Shown in pieces: positions 58,202-64,000 of a stretch of 64,000 nucleotides of DNA. Within the stretch, counting starts at the first letter, position 1; each line of letters starts with the position of its first letter. The stretch comes from an uncultured Actinomycetes bacterium (GTDB taxonomy: Bacteria; Actinomycetota; Thermoleophilia; UBA2241). Position numbers and translations under genes: made by a program. A model generated the notes under the pieces. That model saw only the letters and a program-made list of their open reading frames with translations, was not told the DNA's origin and ran no database searches. The stretch lies in the NCBI GenBank assembly GCA_963709345.1, contig CAVPVX010000007.1, positions 384,001 through 448,000 on the forward strand, in the 5' to 3' direction.

Positions 58202-58930
58202 ATGCCCGCCGTGAAGCTCCGCCGCCCCCCGATCGAATCGCTCACCGTGGACGGCCTGACCTTCGCCGTGCGCTGGAGCCGGCGCCGGCGTACGGTGGGC
58301 ATCACCGTGGCGCGCGACGGCCGTCTCGTCGTGGCGGCGCCGGCAGGCGTTCCGGCGCGCAAACTCGAAGGCTTCGTGCGCGCCAAGCTCCCATGGGTAC
58401 GCCGCAAGCTCGACGAGTTCGAGGCGCTCGGCCCCGCACCCGAGCCGACACGTTTCGTCGCCGGCGAGCACCTCCCCTACCTGGGGCGCGCATACCAGAT
58501 CGCGCTCGTCGACGATCCACCGGCGCCCGTCGCCCTGCGCCGAGGCCGTTTCGAGATCGCGCACGGGCTCGACGGCGCGGCCCGCACCGAGGTCGTCGGC
58601 TGGTACACGTCGCGTGCCCGGCCCCACATCGACCGCTCGGTGGCGCGGTTCACCCCCCTCATCGGCGCCGCTCCGCGCACCGTCGTCGTGCGCGACCTGG
58701 GCAAGCGGCGTTGGGGCGTCTGCGACCACCGTGCTGCAAAGGTGAGCTTTCACTGGCAGCTCGTCACCCAGCCGCCGGACCTCGTCGACTACGTGGTCGT
58801 GCACGAGCTGGCACATCTCCTCGAACCGCACCACGGCCCGGCGTTCTGGGCCCGCGTCGCCGCCGTACTGCCCGACTGGAAGACTCGGCGACAGCGGCTC
58901 AGAGACCGAGGGCAGGGTCTCCTCCTCTGA
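58202..58930 (+). CDS. YgjP/DUF45 (SprT-like) zinc metalloprotease
   Basis: RWGVC, YVVVHELAH, HGPAFW. Confidence 0.88.
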   Translation: MPAVKLRRPPIESLTVDGLTFAVRWSRRRRTVGITVARDGRLVVAAPAGVPARKLEGFVRAKLPWVRRKLDEFEALGPAPEPTRFVAGEHLPYLGRAYQIALVDDPPAPVALRRGRFEIAHGLDGAARTEVVGWYTSRARPHIDRSVARFTPLIGAAPRTVVVRDLGKRRWGVCDHRAAKVSFHWQLVTQPPDLVDYVVVHELAHLLEPHHGPAFWARVAAVLPDWKTRRQRLRDRGQGLLL

Positions 58931-58999
58931 CGAAACGCCCGCGTGAGAGCACGACCCTGCGCGGGTAGCTACAGGACGACATCCCGCGGAGGAGGCCCC

Positions 59000-59467
59000 A
59001 TGCAGACACTGCACGCAGACATCGAGATCGACGCGCCCGCCGACCTTGTCTGGCGCGTCGTGAGCGACCTGCCGAACTACGAGGAGTGGAACCCCTTCAT
59101 CATCCGCGCTGCGGGCGACCTGCGCGTCGGCGCACACCTCGACGTCGCGATCCGGGCGCCCGGCATGAAGCCGGTCGGTTTCAAGCCCCGGGTCCTCGAC
59201 CTCGAGCCGGGGCGGCTGATCCGCTGGAAGGGGCGGCTCTGGGTACCCGGCCTCTTCGACGGACGTCACGCGCTCAGCGTGGAGCCTCTCGGCGCCGAGC
59301 GCTCTCGATTCACGAGCCACGAAGAAGTGAGCGGCGTACTGACGCCCCTCCTCAAGAAGACGATGCGCGCCTCGCAGCAGGGCTTCGAGGAAATGGCCCG
59401 CGCGCTGGCAGAGCGTGTGCTGCAGCTGACGACCGACGAGGCGGCGGACGTGACGACGGCGCCATGA
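59000..59467 (+). CDS. SRPBCC/START domain protein
   Basis: IEIDAP..VW, Y.EWNPFI, PGLFDG.H. Confidence 0.85.
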   Translation: MQTLHADIEIDAPADLVWRVVSDLPNYEEWNPFIIRAAGDLRVGAHLDVAIRAPGMKPVGFKPRVLDLEPGRLIRWKGRLWVPGLFDGRHALSVEPLGAERSRFTSHEEVSGVLTPLLKKTMRASQQGFEEMARALAERVLQLTTDEAADVTTAP

Positions 59468-59799
59468 GGAACCCCCGTCGCGCCTCGACCGACGGACTGC
59501 AGCGCATCCCCGGCGTGGGGCCGTCCATGGCCACCGACCTGCGTCGCGTCGGTGTCGAACGGCTCGAGGACCTGGCCGGGCGCGACCCACGGCAGCTCTA
59601 CGAACAGCTCGAGGACCTCGCCGGCGAGCACGTCGACCGTTGCGTGCTCTACGTTTTTCGCGCGGCGGTCTACTTCGCGAGCACCGCCGACCTCGAGCCC
59701 GAGCTCACGAAATGGTGGAGCTGGAAGGATGGCGGTCTCGCCGAGCGCCGTGGGCTCGTGGCCCCGCCAGACACCCGACCGCGGCGCGAAACCGCGTAG
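59464..59799 (+). CDS. Helix-hairpin-helix / Cdd1-like protein
   Basis: LQRIPGVGPS, DP..LY, DRCVLYVFR, KWWSWKD. Confidence 0.8.
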   Translation: MRNPRRASTDGLQRIPGVGPSMATDLRRVGVERLEDLAGRDPRQLYEQLEDLAGEHVDRCVLYVFRAAVYFASTADLEPELTKWWSWKDGGLAERRGLVAPPDTRPRRETA

Positions 59800-60177
59800 C
59801 ATGAGGTAGTCCGTGGCCGATTCGACCTGATCGCCCGCGAACCTCCAGATGTGAATGAACGGCACGGGGATGACCTCCCAGGTGCCGCGCGACCGGGGGC
59901 GATACCGGCCCCCGACGACGAGCCGGGCGCGGCGCTCGTCGCAGTCCCACGGGCAGAGCTCCACGCCGACGAGCTCGAAGCGAGCGGGCATGGCGCCGAA
60001 CAGAGCCACGGCGACGATCCTCCCGGAGACGCGCATGCGCCCCGCGTCGACCAGGTCACGGACAACCCCCTGCGGATCTGTTCCAGCACGTCCATACCAT
60101 CGTTTTCCCCGCTGCAGGGCCTGTGGTATCCTCTGCCTCCCGCGGGGCCGACACGGCGTCCGTCACCCCGCACCCGT

Positions 60178-60252
60178 GGGCGATTAGCTCAGCGGGAGAG
60201 CGCCCGCCTCACACGCGGGAGGTCGTTGGTTCAAATCCAACATCGCCCACCA
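60178..60252 (+). tRNA. tRNA-Val(CAC)
   Basis: GGGCGAT/ATCGCCC stem, anticodon CAC, CCA. Confidence 0.95.
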
Positions 60253-60608
60253 CTCTCGCCATAGCCGCATCGTGGATGCTGCCTCCACGCAGCGGAAATC
60301 TTGTCCAGCCTGCACGCTCACGGCCTGCCAGATATCGCCCGCGAAGGGCTTGCTTTTGGCCCGTTGCCGCTCTAGTGTGTGCGATTGGTCAAGCCCGAGG
60401 AGCGCGACGCAAGCCGCCGTCGTCCAGCCCGACCGGTCCAGGACCACGGGGCGCGATGGATCGACACCTGCGAACGCCGCGCTGGCTGGTCGCGCCGCGT
60501 GGGAACCTGGTAGCCCGCCGGCCGCGGACGAGCCTCCCCCAGGCACGAGCGCAGGAGAAGATCCTGCCGACAATCGAACCAGTGAAAGGTTCATGGGAGG
60601 TGAACAGG

Positions 60609-62561
60609 GTGGCTGACGAGCCCAAGCTGTTCCCAGCGTCGCCCGAGTTCTCGCAGCACGCGTACTTCAAGTCGATGGACGAGTACGAGGCCGCGTACAA
60701 GCGGTCTGTCGAGGACCCCGAAGGCTATTGGTCCGAGCGCGCCAAGGATGCGCTGGTCTGGACGAAGGACTGGGACACGACGCTCGACTGGAGCTTCGAC
60801 CCTACCCCGTACGTCAAGTGGTTCCAGGGCGGCGAGCTCAACGCGTCCTACAACTGCCTCGACCGCCACGTCGAGGCCGGCAGGGGCGACAAGCCGGCGA
60901 TCATCTTCGAAGGCGACCCCGGCGACACCAGGACGCGCACCTACAAGGAGCTCCTCGACGAGGTCAGCCGGTTCGCCAACGTCCTCAAGAAGCACGGCGT
61001 GCAGAAGGGCGACCGCGTCGCCGTCTACCTGCCGATGATCGGCGAGCTGCCGGTCGTGCTCCTCGCCTGCGCGCGTCTGGGCGCCATCCACATGGTCGTC
61101 TTCGGCGGCTTCAGCGCCGAGGCCCTCAAGGCGCGCATCGACAACTGCGGCGCCAAGGTCCTCGTCTGCGCGGACAAGGGTCACCGCGGCGCCAAGAACA
61201 CGCCGTCCAAGACCAACGCCGACGTCGCCATCAGCGGCGAGACGACGGTCGAGACGGTCATCGTCGTCAAGCGCGTCGACGGCGATGTGCCGATGCAGGA
61301 TGGCCGCGACGTCTGGTACCACGACGAGATCGCGGCTCCCGACATCACCGCCGACTGTCCGCCCGTACCGGTCGATGCCGAGCATCCGCTCTTCATCCTC
61401 TATACGTCCGGCTCCACGGGAACGCCCAAGGGCGTGCTCCACAGCACCGGCGGCTATTTGCTCTACGCGCACGACACGGCCAAGTACGTGTTCAACCTGC
61501 ATGACGACGACATCCACTTCTGCACCGCCGACATCGGCTGGATCACGGGCCACAGCTACATCGTGTACGGTCCCCTGGCCGCCGGCGCCACCAGCATCCT
61601 CTTCGAGGGTCTGCCCACCTATCCGAAGCCGGACCGCTACTGGGAGGTCGTCGAGAAGCACAAGGCGACCACGATCTACACGGCGCCGACGGTGATCCGC
61701 AGCCTCATCGGCCAGGGCGACGAGTGGCCGGACGCGCACGACATGCCGTCGCTGCGCGTCATGGGCTCGGTCGGCGAGCCGATCGATGCCGGCAGCTGGC
61801 TCTGGTACTACGAGAAGATCGGCAAGGGCCGCATCCCGCTCTGCGACACGTGGTGGCAGACCGAGACCGGCGGCCTCATGATCACGCCGCTGCCCGGCGC
61901 CTCCACGCTGAAGCCCGCCTCTGCGAACCGCCCCTTCTTCGGCGTGCAGACTGCGGTGCTCACGGACAAGGGCGAGCCCGCCGGTGTCGGTGAGGACGGC
62001 CATCTCGTCATCACCGCCCCGTGGCCCGGCATGATCCGCGGCACGTGGGGTGACGTCGACGGCAAACGCTTCAAGGACGTCTACTTCTCGATGTTCAAGG
62101 GTTACTTCACCACCGGTGACGGCTGCGCCATCGACGCCGACGGCGACCACTGGCTCAAGGGCCGCATCGACGACGTGCTCAACGTCTCCGGCCACCGCAT
62201 CGGCACCTCCGACGTCGAGGGCGCGCTGGTCAGCTATCCCAAGGTGGCCGAGGCCGCCGTGGTCGGCTACCCGCACCCCATCAAGGGCACCGGCATCTAC
62301 GCCTACGTGACCCTCAACGACGGCGTCGAGCCGAGCGACGAACTCAAGAAGGAGCTCGTCGTGCACGTCCGCAAGGTCGTCGGACCCATCGCAACGCCGG
62401 ACAAGATGCAGTTCTCCTCCGGCCTGCCGAAGACCCGTTCCGGCAAGATCATGCGCCGCATCCTGCGCAAGATCGCCGAGGGCGAGTTCGACTCTCTGGG
62501 CGACACCTCCACCCTGGCCGACCCGGCCGTGGTCGAGGAGCTCAAGGAGCACAAGCAGTAG
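60609..62561 (+). CDS. acs: Acetyl-CoA synthetase
   Basis: YTSGSTGTPKG, DIGWITGHSY, SVGEP, DTWWQTETG, PKTRSGKIMRR. Confidence 0.96.
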   Translation: MADEPKLFPASPEFSQHAYFKSMDEYEAAYKRSVEDPEGYWSERAKDALVWTKDWDTTLDWSFDPTPYVKWFQGGELNASYNCLDRHVEAGRGDKPAIIFEGDPGDTRTRTYKELLDEVSRFANVLKKHGVQKGDRVAVYLPMIGELPVVLLACARLGAIHMVVFGGFSAEALKARIDNCGAKVLVCADKGHRGAKNTPSKTNADVAISGETTVETVIVVKRVDGDVPMQDGRDVWYHDEIAAPDITADCPPVPVDAEHPLFILYTSGSTGTPKGVLHSTGGYLLYAHDTAKYVFNLHDDDIHFCTADIGWITGHSYIVYGPLAAGATSILFEGLPTYPKPDRYWEVVEKHKATTIYTAPTVIRSLIGQGDEWPDAHDMPSLRVMGSVGEPIDAGSWLWYYEKIGKGRIPLCDTWWQTETGGLMITPLPGASTLKPASANRPFFGVQTAVLTDKGEPAGVGEDGHLVITAPWPGMIRGTWGDVDGKRFKDVYFSMFKGYFTTGDGCAIDADGDHWLKGRIDDVLNVSGHRIGTSDVEGALVSYPKVAEAAVVGYPHPIKGTGIYAYVTLNDGVEPSDELKKELVVHVRKVVGPIATPDKMQFSSGLPKTRSGKIMRRILRKIAEGEFDSLGDTSTLADPAVVEELKEHKQ

Positions 62562-62590
62562 CAGGCGCGTCTTCGAGGGAACGAACGCTC

Positions 62591-62633
62591 TCAAAGAGGG
62601 CGGGCGGCCGAAAAGGCCGCCCGCCCTCTTTGA
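62591..62633. terminator. Bidirectional intrinsic terminator
   Basis: TCAAAGAGGGCGGGCGGCC / GGCCGCCCGCCCTCTTTGA inverted repeat between convergent genes. Confidence 0.85.
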
Positions 62634-62685
62634 CCTTCTGGTGCGCCGCCGGTCGCCCCGCGGGGCGACCGGCGGCGCTACCGGG

Positions 62686-63999
62686 TCACGGGCTCGGTGA
62701 AGCCGTCGGCGTGGGCGCACCCGTGGAGATGAGGATGCGCACCTTGCTGCCGGTGGCGGCCATGACTCCCTCGGACGGATCCTGCGCGATCACGACACCG
62801 GCGGCGACCGTCTCACTCGCCTCGTCGCCGGCAACGACGACGAAGCCGACGGCCGTGAGAGCCGACGTCGCGGCGCTCTCGGACTGCCCGACCACCCCCG
62901 GAACGGCCACGCTCGCCGGAGCCGTCGGCGACGGGGTCGCGGCGATGTCCAGATCTACGGCGGATCCCTCGTCCGCCTCGGCGCCAGCGGCGGGAGACTG
63001 CTTCACGACCGTGCCCTGCGGCGCCTCGTCACTGGGCACGTCGGTGACCTTGCCGGCCTTGAGTCCGGCCTGCTCGAGCGCCTTGCCCGCCCCGGCGGCG
63101 GTCATACCGCTCACGTCTGGCACCTCGACCTGCTTGGTCGACGAGTCCGAGGCGAAGGCGCCGAGCGCCCAGGCGGCGGCCAGCGCCGCGGCCGCGACGA
63201 TCAGGACGGCGACCACCCAGATCCAGGCCTTGCTGCGCGGCTTCTCGGGTGCCGGCTGCACCTGGGCTGATCCCAGCACGCGTTCGATGGATTCCTGGTA
63301 CTGCACCGCCGTGCCGCGCGCCCCCGGGTCCTTCTCGAGCGCGCGCATCACGATCTGGGCGAGTGCCGGAGGCACGGCCGGGTTGAGCAACTGTGGCGGC
63401 TGCACGACGCCGTCGAGCTGCTCCTGCGCGACGACGCGGCCGTCGGCGCCGTCAAAGGCGTGGCGCCCTGTGAGCAGCAGGTAGGTGACGAGGCCGAGCC
63501 GGTACACGTCGGAGGCGGGCGACGCGGCGCGCCCCGCCACCTCTTCCGGACTCAGATAGCGGGCCACGGCGGCGTCGGTGCCCGGCGCCAGGTCCGGTGG
63601 CGGGTAGGCGACGCCGAGGCCGGCACCCGTGAGCTTGACGGCACCGTCGCTGCCCCTGACGACGCTCGCCGGATCGACGCCTCCGTGGACGACACCGCGC
63701 TCATGCAACGCAGCCAGTCCGGCGGCGGCCTCGGCGGCCACGAGCGCCGCGTCCGCCGGGGTCAACGGGCCGCGAGCGGCGAGCCCCGCCGCGTCGGCGC
63801 CACCCGGGTCCTCGGTGACGACGAAGCAGTCGGCCCCGTCGCGCCCCGCTTCGACCACAGGAGCCACATCGAGGTGGCGCACGGCGGCCACGAGGCCCAT
63901 GGTGCGCAGAAAGCCGTCGGCATCCCGGGGCCGCACCACGGTCACGACGACCGGGCGCCCCTGCTCGTCGCGGCCCCGATACGCGGCCTCGGCTCGGCC
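62686..63999 (-). CDS. Ser/Thr kinase-like protein with two PASTA domains, catalytic motifs degenerate (5' end outside window)
   Basis: YLSPE, SDVY.LG, TM, PASTA; HGGVDPAS and LTGAG replace HRDIKPxN and DFG. Confidence 0.8.
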   Translation of the reverse strand, partial: GRAEAAYRGRDEQGRPVVVTVVRPRDADGFLRTMGLVAAVRHLDVAPVVEAGRDGADCFVVTEDPGGADAAGLAARGPLTPADAALVAAEAAAGLAALHERGVVHGGVDPASVVRGSDGAVKLTGAGLGVAYPPPDLAPGTDAAVARYLSPEEVAGRAASPASDVYRLGLVTYLLLTGRHAFDGADGRVVAQEQLDGVVQPPQLLNPAVPPALAQIVMRALEKDPGARGTAVQYQESIERVLGSAQVQPAPEKPRSKAWIWVVAVLIVAAAALAAAWALGAFASDSSTKQVEVPDVSGMTAAGAGKALEQAGLKAGKVTDVPSDEAPQGTVVKQSPAAGAEADEGSAVDLDIAATPSPTAPASVAVPGVVGQSESAATSALTAVGFVVVAGDEASETVAAGVVIAQDPSEGVMAATGSKVRILISTGAPTPTASPSP

Positions 64000-64000
64000 T

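Overview
High-GC bacterial chromosomal window. The gene content (tRNA-Leu/fhaA-fhaB-pstP-rodA-pbpA-pknB cluster, topA-tmk, L,D-transpeptidase) suggests Actinomycetota, probably a deep-branching class such as Thermoleophilia (inference only). Most of it is housekeeping: tmk, an archaeal-looking topA, pheA, serS, tadA, cysH-cysD-cysNC, csp, acs and seven tRNAs (Leu-CAG, Ser-TGA, Ser-GCT, Arg-ACG, Ser-GGA, Ser-CGA, Val-CAC). The main result is an apparently complete integron just 3' of tRNA-Ser(CGA), at about 44.0-48.6 kb. It has an intact IntI-type integrase transcribed towards its array (reverse/inverted architecture), a candidate attI at the integrase 3' end and four folding attC sites whose core sites match cassette by cassette. 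The five cassettes are a dienelactone hydrolase, HicB-HicA, a membrane protein, a three-gene Xre module with its own promoter and twin operators, and a truncated AbrB-Doc cassette with antitoxin and toxin fused in frame. Secondary observations: a DUF1566-type gene resembling a DGR target, decayed gene duplicates on both sides of the integron, a degenerate APS-kinase domain and a PASTA pseudokinase. All calls were made by eye; no searches were run.
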